A DNA stretch of 64,000 bases from Candidatus Magasanikbacteria bacterium GW2011_GWA2_56_11 (GTDB lineage: Bacteria > Patescibacteriota > Patescibacteriia > Magasanikbacterales > UBA922). The stretch covers positions 1,650-65,649 of the forward strand of contig LCRX01000003.1 in assembly GCA_001004885.1 (NCBI GenBank). Reading direction: 5' to 3'. Positions 9,837 to 20,128 of the stretch are shown here, in pieces. The notes below the pieces were generated by a model. The model was given only the letters and a program-made list of their open reading frames with translations. It did no database searches and had not been told where the DNA came from. Every line of letters starts with the position of its first letter. Positions within the stretch are counted from its first letter, which is position 1. Both the position numbers and the translations under genes were made by a program.

Positions 9837-10370
9837 TCAACCCGACCTTGGACTACGCCGGGATCGTTTCAGAGCCTGGGTAAAAGGCAAATTGGCTCCG
9901 GCGGCCAGGGCCACGGCGAGAGCGTCGGCCGCGTCGTCTTGCAGCCGCCCGGGCTTGAGGCCCAGGATAACTTTGACCATGTACTGCAGCTGGCTCTTTT
10001 CGGCGCGGCCATAGCCGGTCAGCGACTTTTTTATCTCAAGCGGCGTAAATTCCTCAATCGGCAGCCCGGCTTCGGAGAGCGTCAGGAGCACGACGCCGCG
10101 CGCCTGGCCGACCTCAATGGCGGTGGTAACATTTTTGTAAAAAAATAACTCCTCCACGGACGCCGACGCCGGCCGGTATTTCTGGATAATTTTAACTAAA
10201 TCGTCGCGGATCTCGCACAGACGCTCCGCAAAAGAAAGCTCGGCCGACGTTTCTATCAGCCCGTATACCACCGCCCGCCAGGCGCCGTTTCTTTGTTCGA
10301 TTATCCCATAGCCCAGCCGGCCGAAGCCGGGGTCAATTCCCAATATCCGCTGAGTTTTATTTCTTTTCAT
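9837..10370 (-). CDS. ruvC: Holliday junction resolvase RuvC
   Basis: ILGIDPGFGRLGYGI...DAADALAVAL matches the RuvC catalytic motifs. Confidence 0.85.
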   Translation of the reverse strand: MKRNKTQRILGIDPGFGRLGYGIIEQRNGAWRAVVYGLIETSAELSFAERLCEIRDDLVKIIQKYRPASASVEELFFYKNVTTAIEVGQARGVVLLTLSEAGLPIEEFTPLEIKKSLTGYGRAEKSQLQYMVKVILGLKPGRLQDDAADALAVALAAGANLPFTQALKRSRRSPRSG

Positions 10371-10384
10371 ACGAATACCAGACG

Positions 10385-11119
10385 TTAGACTTCATTCGTG
10401 TACACCGCCCGCACGTCGTCGTGGTCTTCGAGCGCGCCGTAAAGCCCCGCCGCCTGCTCGCTCCCGGCCTCGTCTGCCGAAACCCTGTCTTTGGGTAGCC
10501 ATTCCAATCCCGACTCTTCCGGCTCGATGCCGAACCGCTCCACGGTATGCAAAACCGGCTGGAACTTATCCACGGCGCAAATAATCTCCCACCCGAGCTC
10601 GCTCACAACGATATCCTCAGCGCCCGCGTCAATCACCGCGAGTTCAAACTCCGGCTCTCGGTCTTTGATTTTAGGCCTCTGGCTCTCGCCGACCCGCACC
10701 ACCGCGCGCCGTTCGAATTGCCACTGCACGCTGCCCGGACCGGCGACGCTGCCGCCATGCTTGGTAAAAATATTTTTTACCTCGCCGGCCGAACGATTGC
10801 GGTTGTCGGTCACGACTTCAACCAAAAAAGCGATGCCGCCCGGGCCGAAACCCTCATACAAAAGCTCCTCCAGCGCGGCCTCGTCTCCAAGCTCGCCAGT
10901 ACCTCGTTTTATAGCCCGATCTATATTATCTTTGGGTAAATTGGCGGCCTTGGCTTTTTCGATCGCGAGGCGCAGGGAAAAATTCATTTCCGGGTTGCCG
11001 CCGCCTTCTTTGGCGGCGATGGTAATCAAACGCGCCAGCTTGGTAAAAGCGCTGCCTTTTAGTTTGTCCTGCTTGCCCTTGCGGACCTGGATATTGTGCC
11101 ATTTCGAGTGCCGGGCCAT
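10385..11119 (-). CDS. yebC: YebC/PmpR-family transcriptional regulator
   Basis: MARHSKWHNIQVRKGKQDKLKGSAFTKLARLI is the YebC N-terminal signature. Confidence 0.85.
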   Translation of the reverse strand: MARHSKWHNIQVRKGKQDKLKGSAFTKLARLITIAAKEGGGNPEMNFSLRLAIEKAKAANLPKDNIDRAIKRGTGELGDEAALEELLYEGFGPGGIAFLVEVVTDNRNRSAGEVKNIFTKHGGSVAGPGSVQWQFERRAVVRVGESQRPKIKDREPEFELAVIDAGAEDIVVSELGWEIICAVDKFQPVLHTVERFGIEPEESGLEWLPKDRVSADEAGSEQAAGLYGALEDHDDVRAVYTNEV

Positions 11120-11262
11120 ATAGTTAAGAGCCGTGAAAAAGACTGTAAAAACTCAGGAAATGAGCGGCTCAACCGGCAAATCCGGTAAGCCACCGACGAC
11201 CTCACAGCCCTACATTATAGTATTTATTGCCAAAAATCAACGCTGCGGCACCTTATTTGCCG

Positions 11263-11913
11263 CTACTCGGACAACGGCCGGCTTATCTGCTCGATAGTTT
11301 TCGCTTCCGATAATCTGTACGGTCCGATTCTGGTGCGAACCAAAGCCGCCGCGTACGCCCCCGCACCCAAATCCTGCCCGATATCGTGAACCAAACTTCT
11401 AATATACGTCCCGGAGCTGCAAACCACCCGCAGGCGGGCCGAATCAGGAGCGCACTCCAAAATTTCCAGCTCAAAAATCGTCACCGTCTGCGGCCGGCGC
11501 TCGATTTCTGCTCCCTGCCGCGCCAGTTCGTATAATTTTTTCCCGCCTACCTTTTTGGCCGAAAACATCGGCGGAACTTGTTCAATGACACCGCGATATT
11601 TTGGTAAAATTTTTTCCAGTTCTTCCTTGGCCACCGGCCGCGCCAAGGGATGGGGAGCGATGACGCCATCGCAATCGTAGGAGTCGCTCACAAAGCCGAA
11701 CTTCATCGCCACCTCGTATTCCTTTTCCAGCCGTTTGAATTCATCCAACCGTTTCGTCGCCTCGCGGCCCACGCCCACGATTAGCAACCCCATGGCAAAC
11801 GGATCAAGCGTGCCCGCGTGGCCAATCTTTTTTTCGCGCAAAATACCGCGGAGTTTGGCCACCACGTCATGCGAGGTCCAGCCGACCGGCTTATTCACCA
11901 AAAGAAAAGGCAT
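11263..11913 (-). CDS. truB: tRNA pseudouridine(55) synthase TruB
   Basis: [46 protein letters not shown] is the TruB signature. The internal Met MPFLLVNKP was chosen as the start. Confidence 0.8.
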   Translation of the reverse strand: MPFLLVNKPVGWTSHDVVAKLRGILREKKIGHAGTLDPFAMGLLIVGVGREATKRLDEFKRLEKEYEVAMKFGFVSDSYDCDGVIAPHPLARPVAKEELEKILPKYRGVIEQVPPMFSAKKVGGKKLYELARQGAEIERRPQTVTIFELEILECAPDSARLRVVCSSGTYIRSLVHDIGQDLGAGAYAAALVRTRIGPYRLSEAKTIEQISRPLSE

Positions 11914-12002
11914 ACAAAAAGTAAAACTTAGCCCACGGCCGGCCGCTAACTCCGGCCGAAGGAAAGGAGATCCAAGCAAGAACAGTCTGTAATACAGCAA
12001 AG

Positions 12003-12040
12003 CTCCCCCGCTTGGGCGGGGGAGCTGGCAATACGCCTAA
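12003..12040 (-). terminator. GC-rich hairpin (gctcccccgc-ttgg-gcgggggagc) downstream of rpoC on the minus strand
   Basis: A perfect 10-bp stem, followed on the minus strand by ttgctgtatt. Confidence 0.4.
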
Positions 12041-12065
12041 AAGCCAACAAACACTGTTGAACTCA

Positions 12066-12169
12066 TAGTAACCGGGCGGTATAACTCATTTTAATTCCGC
12101 CAGCTGTCTGAGCTGCGTAGCAAGCGAGTTCTGCCGGAATTAAAATGAGTTATACCGCCCGGTTACGCC
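12066..12169. repeat. Structured inverted-repeat element, copy 2 (same conserved core as 8640-8751, different but self-complementary outer stem)
   Basis: tagtaACCGGGCGGtataaCTCAttttaattccgccagCTGTCTGAGCTGCGTAGCAAGCGAGTTctgccggaattaaaaTGAGttataCCGCCCGGTtacgcc. Confidence 0.6.
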
Positions 12170-12183
12170 TTTGCCGTAGCAGA

Positions 12184-15100
12184 CTATTCCTGTGCCGGAG
12201 CCCCCTCAGTATCAACTTCAGCTTCAGACACAAACCCCGTCCCCGCCGGAATCAAACGGCCGATGATAACGTTCTCTTTGAGACCTTCCAAGTAGTCCAC
12301 CTTGCCGGTGATAGCGGCGCTGACCAAAACCCGCGAGGTTTCCTGGAACGAAGCGGCCGAAAGGAAACTCTGCGTGGTCAAAGCGACCTTGCTGATGCCC
12401 AAAAGAAGTTCGCGCCCTTTTGCCGGCTTACGGCCGGCACTTTGGGCCTGGGCATTGGCCACCATCAACTGCGCTTTTTCAATAATTTCTCCGGGCAACA
12501 GGTCCGAGTCGCCCGATTCTTCCACGTAAACGCGGCTAAACATCTGCTTGATAATGATCTCGACGTGCTTGTCGTTCAGGCGCTGCCCTTGGGCGGCGTA
12601 AATTTCCTGTATTTCGGTCAAAATATAGCGCTGCACCGCATCCCGGCCCCTGAGCTCGTAGAGCTCGTTGAGGTCAATGCTGCCTTCCGTCAGCTGGTCG
12701 CCGCGCTCTACCTCGTCGCCGTCTTTCACCCAGAGCTTGTAGCCGATCGGGATGATATACTCTTTTACGCTCTTGCCTTCATAGACCAGAATCACCTTGT
12801 CGCCTTCGTGCCTAATAGTGCCATTGTACTTGGCCAGGACCTCTTCACCCGAAGAACCGCGGATCAGAAGACAATCGTCTTTTTTTACTTTGTCTCCGTC
12901 ATGGGCTTTGATCTCGTCCTCTCCGCTCACTTCAAAAGTCATTTCCTCTTGGCCTTCATGGTGTACCTGGATAATCTTCTGGCCGCGGCGGCCTTCAAAA
13001 ATCTTACGTCCGGTAGGACTCGTGATAACCTTGCCGTCCGCGTCCTCGATCTCCACCTTGCCGGAAACTTCGGACAAGACAGCTTTGCGTTTCGGCAGTC
13101 GCGATTCGAACAGCTCCTCCACGCGCGGCAGACCCTGGGTAATGTCGCCGCCGGCCACGCCGCCTAAGTGGAAAGTACGCATTGTCAACTGCGTGCCCGG
13201 CTCACCGATGGATTGCGCCGCGATAACTCCGGCGGCCACCCCAGGCTTGATTACTTCATTGTGCGCCAGGTCGTAACCGTAACATTTAACGCACACGCCC
13301 TTGGGCAACAGACACTGAAGAACGGACCGGACATGAACCGTATCAATGCCGGCCTGTTCAATCTGGCGGACGGCTTCGGCCGTTACCACGCCGCCTTCTT
13401 TGACGATAGTCTTGCGACCGTCCTTTACGGCCGAGATGACAAAACGTCCCAAAACTCTGTCCGTCAGTTTCTCACCCATCTGTTCCGATTCGTCCTTAGT
13501 GAAAATTTCACCCGTCGTGTCGCCGCAATCCTCAAACTTGACAATGACATCCTGCGCCACATCCACCAAGCGGCGGGTGAGGTAACCGGCGTTAGCCGTG
13601 CGCAGAGCCGTGTCCGAGAGACCCTTACGGGTGCCGTGCGAGGAAATAAAGAACTCGATGACGTCAAAGCCTTCTTTGAAGTTGCCCTTCACCGGCAGCT
13701 CGATAATCTCACCGCTCGGCGAGGCCACGAGGCCCTTCATGGCGATTACCTGCCCGAGTTGCGCCCAGCTGCCGCGGGCGCCGGAATCGATCATGGCAAA
13801 CACCGAGTCATTCTTATCCAGGGCGTCCTTGGTGTGCGCCAGCATGCGTTCTTTGACTTCGGTCCAAATCTCCAGCACTTTGGCGTGCCGTTCGGCATCC
13901 GTCAAAAGGCCCTGCTGGTACTGGTCCTCCACGATTTCGACGCGCTTAGCGCCCTCGTCGAGCAAAACCGGCTTGTCGGGAATTTCCGGAAACTGGTTCT
14001 TACCCAGCGAATAACCGGACTTGGTCACGTATTTGTACCCTAGATTTTTTATCTCATCGAGCATCTTGGCGGTCGTCTCTTGGCCGTAAAATTCCAATAA
14101 AAGCTGAATAATGGCCGACAGGTGCTTTTTGGTAATGGTCTCATTGTAGTACGGAATCCGGACCGGAAGAATTTCATTGAAGAAAACGCGGCCGATAGAC
14201 GTTTCGATAATTGTGCCCGTACCTTCGGGGAATTTGGACAAATCAGTGAAGCGGACTTTGATGCGCTCTTTGAGGCTGATTACCCGCGTCTTGTACGCGT
14301 ACTTGGCTTCGGTGATATTGGCGAAAAACCTCTTCACCTCGCCGGTGTCGCGGTCGTCGTATTTAGTCAGGTAATAACAGCCGAGGGCGATGTCTTGCTG
14401 CGGCGTAATTACCGGAGCGCCGGTGGCCGGCTTGAGCAAGTTTTTCTCCGACGCCATCAAATGCTCGGCCTCCCACTTGGCCTGTTCCGACAGTGGCAGG
14501 TGGACCGCCATTTGGTCGCCGTCAAAGTCAGCGTTAAAAGCGGCGCAGACGAGCGGGTGAAGACGGATGGCTTTGCCCTCTACCAGCCGCGGCCGAAAAG
14601 CCTGGATACCGAGCCGGTGCAGGGTGGGCGCGCGATTGAGCAGGACACGCGTGCTTTTGGTCAAATTTTCCAAGATATCCCACACCTCCGGAGCATTGCT
14701 TTCGATAAACCGCGAAGCGCTGCGGACATTGTGGGCCAGTTCACGCTTGATAATCTCGGCCATGACGAACGGTTTAAAAAGTTCGAGCGCCATAATTTTG
14801 GGCAAGCCGCACTCGTCGATATTGAGCTTGGGGCCTACCACGATAACCGACCGGCCGGAGTAGTCTACCCGCTTGCCCAGCAGATTCTGGCGGAAACGCC
14901 CCTGTTTGCCTTTGAGGATGTCGGCGAGAGAGCGCAGCTGACGTTTTTGTCCGGTCGAGGCGCGCACAGTCTTGGTGGCGCGGGCATTATTGTCGATAAG
15001 AGCGTCGACTGCTTCCTGCAGCATGCGTTTTTCATTGCGGCAGATCACCTCCGGCGCGTTAAGCTCCAACAGGCGCCGCAGACGGTTGTTGCGGTTGATC

Positions 15101-16089
15101 ACCCGGCGGTACAGGTCATTCAGGTCGGAAGTCGCGAACCGTCCGCCGTCTAGAGCCACCATCGGACGCAGGTCCGGCGGCACGACCGGAATCACGGTCA
15201 TAACCATCCATTCCGGACGGATTTCATTTTTGGCCAGGCTCGTCAAAAGCTTAACGCGGCGGATGAGCCGGCCGCGCTTGGCGCCTTTGCTCTTTTGAAT
15301 TTCCCTCTCCAAATTGACGATGGTGTCCTCCAAGTTAAGCCGGACCAAAAGTTCGCGGATCGCGCCCGCGCCGATGCCGGCCTCGAACAAATGGCCGTAA
15401 CGGATAGAGAGTTCCTGGTAGCGGGCTTCCGAAAGGATATTAAGCATCGTAATTTCCTTGAGCTCGGACTCGGCCTGATGAAAGTCTTCATCGAGCGCCG
15501 CGAGCTTCTCATCCCGTTCCCGGACAATCGCTTTGGCGTCTTTTGAATCGGCGCCGATGGCTTCGATTTTTTTGCCGAAATCGCCCTCGATCTGTTTGCG
15601 TTTGCTCTTGTATTCTTTCTTCAGCGAGTCTTCGGTGGACGCACGTTCCGCCTCGTCAACTTGCGTGATGATAAATGAAGCAAAATAGATGACCTTTTCG
15701 AGCGCCTGAATGGATAAATCGAGCACCAAACCCAGACGCGAAGGAATAGTACGCAAAAACCAGATGTGCGAAACCGGCGTAGACAGTTCAATGTGCCCCA
15801 TGCGTTCGCGCCGCACCAAAGAATGCGTAACCTCGACGCCGCACTTATCGCAGACAATTCCTTTGTAACGTATTTTTTTGTACTTGCCGCAGTAGCATTC
15901 CCAATCCTTGGTCGGGCCGAAAACTTCTTCGGCAAAAAGACCGCCCTTTTCCGGCTTTTGCGTGCGGTAATTTATCGTCTCCGGCTTGTAGACCTCGCCG
16001 TACGACCATTTTTTTATTACCTCTGGCGACGCCACTTTAAGGCGCAAGGCGTCAAACTGCAGGACGGTAAGTGAGTTGCGGGGTGTCAT
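12184..16089 (-). CDS. rpoC: DNA-directed RNA polymerase subunit beta'
   Basis: 1301 aa; NADFDGDQMAVH, the Zn-finger CGKYKKIRYKGIVCDKCG and the overall architecture fit rpoC. Confidence 0.95.
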   Translation of the reverse strand: MTPRNSLTVLQFDALRLKVASPEVIKKWSYGEVYKPETINYRTQKPEKGGLFAEEVFGPTKDWECYCGKYKKIRYKGIVCDKCGVEVTHSLVRRERMGHIELSTPVSHIWFLRTIPSRLGLVLDLSIQALEKVIYFASFIITQVDEAERASTEDSLKKEYKSKRKQIEGDFGKKIEAIGADSKDAKAIVRERDEKLAALDEDFHQAESELKEITMLNILSEARYQELSIRYGHLFEAGIGAGAIRELLVRLNLEDTIVNLEREIQKSKGAKRGRLIRRVKLLTSLAKNEIRPEWMVMTVIPVVPPDLRPMVALDGGRFATSDLNDLYRRVINRNNRLRRLLELNAPEVICRNEKRMLQEAVDALIDNNARATKTVRASTGQKRQLRSLADILKGKQGRFRQNLLGKRVDYSGRSVIVVGPKLNIDECGLPKIMALELFKPFVMAEIIKRELAHNVRSASRFIESNAPEVWDILENLTKSTRVLLNRAPTLHRLGIQAFRPRLVEGKAIRLHPLVCAAFNADFDGDQMAVHLPLSEQAKWEAEHLMASEKNLLKPATGAPVITPQQDIALGCYYLTKYDDRDTGEVKRFFANITEAKYAYKTRVISLKERIKVRFTDLSKFPEGTGTIIETSIGRVFFNEILPVRIPYYNETITKKHLSAIIQLLLEFYGQETTAKMLDEIKNLGYKYVTKSGYSLGKNQFPEIPDKPVLLDEGAKRVEIVEDQYQQGLLTDAERHAKVLEIWTEVKERMLAHTKDALDKNDSVFAMIDSGARGSWAQLGQVIAMKGLVASPSGEIIELPVKGNFKEGFDVIEFFISSHGTRKGLSDTALRTANAGYLTRRLVDVAQDVIVKFEDCGDTTGEIFTKDESEQMGEKLTDRVLGRFVISAVKDGRKTIVKEGGVVTAEAVRQIEQAGIDTVHVRSVLQCLLPKGVCVKCYGYDLAHNEVIKPGVAAGVIAAQSIGEPGTQLTMRTFHLGGVAGGDITQGLPRVEELFESRLPKRKAVLSEVSGKVEIEDADGKVITSPTGRKIFEGRRGQKIIQVHHEGQEEMTFEVSGEDEIKAHDGDKVKKDDCLLIRGSSGEEVLAKYNGTIRHEGDKVILVYEGKSVKEYIIPIGYKLWVKDGDEVERGDQLTEGSIDLNELYELRGRDAVQRYILTEIQEIYAAQGQRLNDKHVEIIIKQMFSRVYVEESGDSDLLPGEIIEKAQLMVANAQAQSAGRKPAKGRELLLGISKVALTTQSFLSAASFQETSRVLVSAAITGKVDYLEGLKENVIIGRLIPAGTGFVSEAEVDTEGAPAQE

Positions 16090-16127
16090 AGACAGAAAAT
16101 TTCAAATTCCTAATATCTAAGCTGTCC

Positions 16128-19100
16128 CTATTGGTTGGGCACTTCGGCCGCGGCCGGCTCATCCGCCGCTTTTTCAGACGCAATGGCCGTTTCATCGACC
16201 GAGGCGAAGCCCTCGCCCTCAACCCTTTTCTGAAGTTCGACATCCAGGGCCAGACCCTTAAGTTCGCGGACCAAAACATTAAACGACTCCGGCAGATTAA
16301 TCTTCGTTATCGATTCGCCCTTGATAATCGCCTCGTAAGCCTTGGCGCGCCCGGGCACGTCATCGGATTTAATCGTCAGCATTTCCTGAAGCGTGTGCGC
16401 CGCGCCATAGGCCTCGAGCGCCCAGACTTCCATTTCGCCAAAGCGCTGGCCGCCGAATTGCGCCTTGCCGCCGAGAGGCTGCTGGGTAATCAGGCTGTAA
16501 GGCCCGATAGAACGCTGGTGAATCTTGTCCTCGACCATGTGGTTTAGCTTCAGCATGTAGCTGTAACCCACCGTGGTTTTGTAGTCGTACGGTTCGCCGG
16601 TCCGGCCGTCGTAAAGCTGCAGTTGGCCGTTGTCCGGGAAACCGGCCTTCTCGAGCTCGGCCGCAATCTGCTCCTCGGTAATACCGTTCAAAACCGGAGT
16701 AGCCGCGCGGTAGCCGAGCGCGTTGGCGGCCAATCCCAAGTGATTCTCCAGGAGCTGGCCCAAATTCATACGCGAAATAACGCCGAGCGGCGAAAGAATG
16801 ATGTCAATAGGCGTTCCATCCTCCAAGAAAGGCATGTCGCCGACCGGGACCACGCGGGAAATAACGCCTTTATTCCCGTGGCGTCCGGCCATCTTGTCGC
16901 CCACCTGCACCTTCCGCAAATCGGCCACCGTAACCTGCACCTGTTTTATTACTCCGGGCTGGAGTTTGTCGCCTTGTTCGGCCGAAAAAACTTTCACGTC
17001 GATCACCTTGCCGTGCTCGCCGTGTTCCAAATACAGCGACGAGTCGCGCACATCTCGGGCCTTCTCGCCGAAAATAGCGCGCAGCAGCCTTTCTTCCGGC
17101 GTGAGTTCGGTCTCGCCTTTGGGCGTGATCTTGCCGACCAGGATATCGCCGGAATGAACTTCGGCGCCAATACGGACAATGCCTTCCGAATCCAGATTCT
17201 TGAGCTTTTCCTCGCTGACATTCGGGATGTCGCTTGTTACCACTTCGGGCCCAAGCTTGGTTTCGCGCACGTCGGTCGTATAATGCTCAATCTGGATGGA
17301 AGTGTAGCGATCGTCGCGCACCAGCCGCTCCGAGATAATGACGGCGTCCTCGTAGTTAAAGCCGTCCCACACCATGTAAGCCACGAGCACGTTCTGGCCC
17401 AGAGCCAGCTCGCCGTCCTTGATAGACGGACCATCGCACAAAGGTTGGCCCTTTTTTACCTTTTGGCCAAGCGTCACGATGGGAGACTGGTTAATGCAAC
17501 TCGAGGCGTTCGAGCGGACAAATTTATGAAGGCGGTAAGTGTACACTTTGCCTTTCTTGCCGGTAAGCTCGATACGGGCGCCGTCGACGGCCGTAATCTC
17601 GCCGTCGTCAGGAGCCGTAAAGACGTACCCCGAAGACATGGCCGCGGCCCGCTCCACGCCGGTACCGACGAGCGGCGGGTCAGCTTTGATGCACGGCACG
17701 CTTTGGCGCTGCATGTTCGTGCCCATGAGGGCGCGCGTAGCGTCGTCATGTTCCAAAAAGGGAATCAGGCTCGTCGCCACGCTCAAAATCTGGTTCGAAG
17801 CCACGTCCAGGTAATCTATGACAGACACATCGGCGACGGCCGGCTGGCCATGAACGCGGGCCGCCACTTTTTCTTCTTGAAAATAGCCTTTCTCGTCAAT
17901 CTCCACGGTAGCACTGGTTGTGCTTACGCGCTCTTCCTCGAAAGAATTGAGGTAGACAATCTCGTGAGTAACGCGGGGTTTTACCGGAATTTCCGTCCAG
18001 TCTTTTAGACCGGCGATCTTTTTGGCTTTCTCCGCCGTAATCACCTCGCCGGCGGCCGCCGCACTGCCGATATCCTCCCGGGCGATTTCCCCTTCCGTGA
18101 ATTTGGGATCATTAGGCACTGTTCGCAAAACTTTTCTGTACGGGGTCTCCAAAAAACCGAACCCGTTCATGCGCGCGAAAGCCGACAGATGGCCGACCAG
18201 TCCGATGTTGGGGCCTTCAGGAGTGGCAATGGGGCAGATGCGGCCATAGTGGGTACTGTGCACGTCGCGTACTTCAAAGCCGGCGCGGTCCCGCGACAAC
18301 CCTCCCGGACCAAGCGCCGAGACGCGGCGCTTGTGCTCCAACTCGGCCAGCGGGTTAACCTGGTCCATGAACTGAGAAAGCTGCGAACTCATGAAGAACT
18401 CGCGCACTACGCTGATAACCGGCCGGGCATTGATGAGCTTGTTGGGCACTATACTGTCGATTTCCATGGTGCTCATCCGGTCTTTGATGATGCGCTCCAT
18501 GCGCGCCAACCCGATCCGAAAGCGATTCTGCACGAGTTCGCCCACGGCGCGCACTCGACGGTTGCCCAGGTGGTCAATATCGTCCGGTATGTCCTGGGTA
18601 ACATTGAGGCGGACAACTTCTTTGATCACTAGGATGAGTTTTTCGAGAGAAAGCACGCGATGCTCTTTGGTGTCGAAATCTTTTTCACCCAAGTTGAGGT
18701 TGAACTTGGTGCTGAATTTATAAACGCCGACCTTGCCGAGATCGTAGCGATCAAAATTGAAAAACATCGAATGTATCAGGCTTCTGGCGTTGTCAGCCGT
18801 CGCCAAGTCGCCCGGCCGGATCCGGCGGTAAACTTCTATGAGGCCTTCTTCCTCGGAGCTGGCAGCGTCTTTCTTGAGTGTTTCTTCGATGTAATCAATG
18901 TTCGGATGGGCGTTAACATCTTTGAAAGTCTCACGGATACCGTCATCATTGGAGAGTCCAAAAGCGCGCAAAAGCGAAGTGGCGGCCACCTTGCGTTTGC
19001 GGTCCACTTTTACCCAAATTACGTTGTTTTGGTCGGTTTCCACTTCTATCCAGGCGCCGCGGTTCGGGATTATTTTGGCGCCGTAAAAACGGCGGCCGCG

Positions 19101-19559
19101 CGCCTGGTCGGCGGTAAAGAAAGCGCCCGGACTGCGGATAAGCTGGGACACGACGACGCGTTCAATACCGTTTATCATGAAAGTACCGCGGTCGGTCATG
19201 AGCGGGATATCACCCAAATAGATTTCCTGTTTATTGGATTTGCCGGTGCGCTTGTTTACCAGCTTGACCTGAACGCGCAACGGGGCTTCGTAGGTGATAT
19301 TCTTTTCGCGGCAGTGTATTTCGTCAAATTTGGCTTCATCGAGGTAGTAATCTTCAAAGTACAGTTCAAGATCGCGGCCGGTAAAATCTCCGATCGGAGA
19401 AATCTCGTCAAACAGTTCGCGAATACCCTCCTTGAGAAACCACTCATACGAGGTCTTCTGCACCTCGATCAGGTCCGGCGTCTCGATAGCGTCGCGGAGC
19501 TTCGTAAAGTAGACGCGCTCCAAATGCTGGAGGGGCTGGCGCTTATAGACTGGCGTCAT
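16128..19559 (-). CDS. rpoB: DNA-directed RNA polymerase subunit beta
   Basis: About 1140 aa, with conserved rpoB blocks throughout. The Met MTPVYKRQ was chosen as the start. Confidence 0.95.
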   Translation of the reverse strand: MTPVYKRQPLQHLERVYFTKLRDAIETPDLIEVQKTSYEWFLKEGIRELFDEISPIGDFTGRDLELYFEDYYLDEAKFDEIHCREKNITYEAPLRVQVKLVNKRTGKSNKQEIYLGDIPLMTDRGTFMINGIERVVVSQLIRSPGAFFTADQARGRRFYGAKIIPNRGAWIEVETDQNNVIWVKVDRKRKVAATSLLRAFGLSNDDGIRETFKDVNAHPNIDYIEETLKKDAASSEEEGLIEVYRRIRPGDLATADNARSLIHSMFFNFDRYDLGKVGVYKFSTKFNLNLGEKDFDTKEHRVLSLEKLILVIKEVVRLNVTQDIPDDIDHLGNRRVRAVGELVQNRFRIGLARMERIIKDRMSTMEIDSIVPNKLINARPVISVVREFFMSSQLSQFMDQVNPLAELEHKRRVSALGPGGLSRDRAGFEVRDVHSTHYGRICPIATPEGPNIGLVGHLSAFARMNGFGFLETPYRKVLRTVPNDPKFTEGEIAREDIGSAAAAGEVITAEKAKKIAGLKDWTEIPVKPRVTHEIVYLNSFEEERVSTTSATVEIDEKGYFQEEKVAARVHGQPAVADVSVIDYLDVASNQILSVATSLIPFLEHDDATRALMGTNMQRQSVPCIKADPPLVGTGVERAAAMSSGYVFTAPDDGEITAVDGARIELTGKKGKVYTYRLHKFVRSNASSCINQSPIVTLGQKVKKGQPLCDGPSIKDGELALGQNVLVAYMVWDGFNYEDAVIISERLVRDDRYTSIQIEHYTTDVRETKLGPEVVTSDIPNVSEEKLKNLDSEGIVRIGAEVHSGDILVGKITPKGETELTPEERLLRAIFGEKARDVRDSSLYLEHGEHGKVIDVKVFSAEQGDKLQPGVIKQVQVTVADLRKVQVGDKMAGRHGNKGVISRVVPVGDMPFLEDGTPIDIILSPLGVISRMNLGQLLENHLGLAANALGYRAATPVLNGITEEQIAAELEKAGFPDNGQLQLYDGRTGEPYDYKTTVGYSYMLKLNHMVEDKIHQRSIGPYSLITQQPLGGKAQFGGQRFGEMEVWALEAYGAAHTLQEMLTIKSDDVPGRAKAYEAIIKGESITKINLPESFNVLVRELKGLALDVELQKRVEGEGFASVDETAIASEKAADEPAAAEVPNQ

Positions 19560-19776
19560 AGGGGGACAAAAAAACAAAAAATTCCTTGGATGAAGGGAAT
19601 TATGTTGTCAGAGTTAGAAGTTAAGCTGTTCGGACATGGAGGTGAACCTGCTACCGGACAAGGGCCTGTCCGACAATAGCTAGCGCGTAGCCGGACCCCG
19701 TTGCCCCGTATGGTTTAGTAAAGCGGATTTTTCCGCCTGTGCCTCTAGTATCGCGAAGTATTCTGTAAGCTCCATC

Positions 19777-19805
19777 ACTATACCTTAGTCGGGAGGGGCT
19801 GTCAA
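19777..19805 (-). promoter_or_regulatory. Candidate sigma70 promoter for rpoBC (TTGACA-17 bp-TATAGT), leaving a leader of about 210 nt
   Basis: The minus strand reads cTTGACAgcccctcccgactaaggTATAGTg. Confidence 0.4.
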
Positions 19806-20128
19806 GGAGAACCATATCGTTGATTTTTGTCAAGAATCCATGATATTTTACTTTATTTTAGCCTTTTTTCTCAATTGTATCCGCCTCTTAAGGTTTTAAG
19901 CCCGGAGTTATCCCCACTTAGCGGGCCGTTTCGACCCCAAAAGCCGAACCAGCTTACCCCGGCATAACTGCACGAGACTGGCCCCAGCCGGATTGAAAAG
20001 CCGGGAACCTTCCGGCCGTCATCCATTTGGTAGCTTAGAGCAAATTAACGCCCTCGCCACTGTACGGCGCTGCCCAGCGGCAAGCTGGAGTCAGAAATAT
20101 TCATTCCTTTCCTACCTCGTGGTATACT

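Noticed and set aside
12145-19679. Many + strand ORFs of 60-460 aa overlapping rpoC and rpoB (for example 12145..13167, 14122..15153, 16623..18008, 18660..19679)
   Set aside because: They are antisense shadows of long, highly conserved minus-strand genes in GC-rich DNA. Their amino-acid composition is R/A/G-skewed and they are non-homologous.
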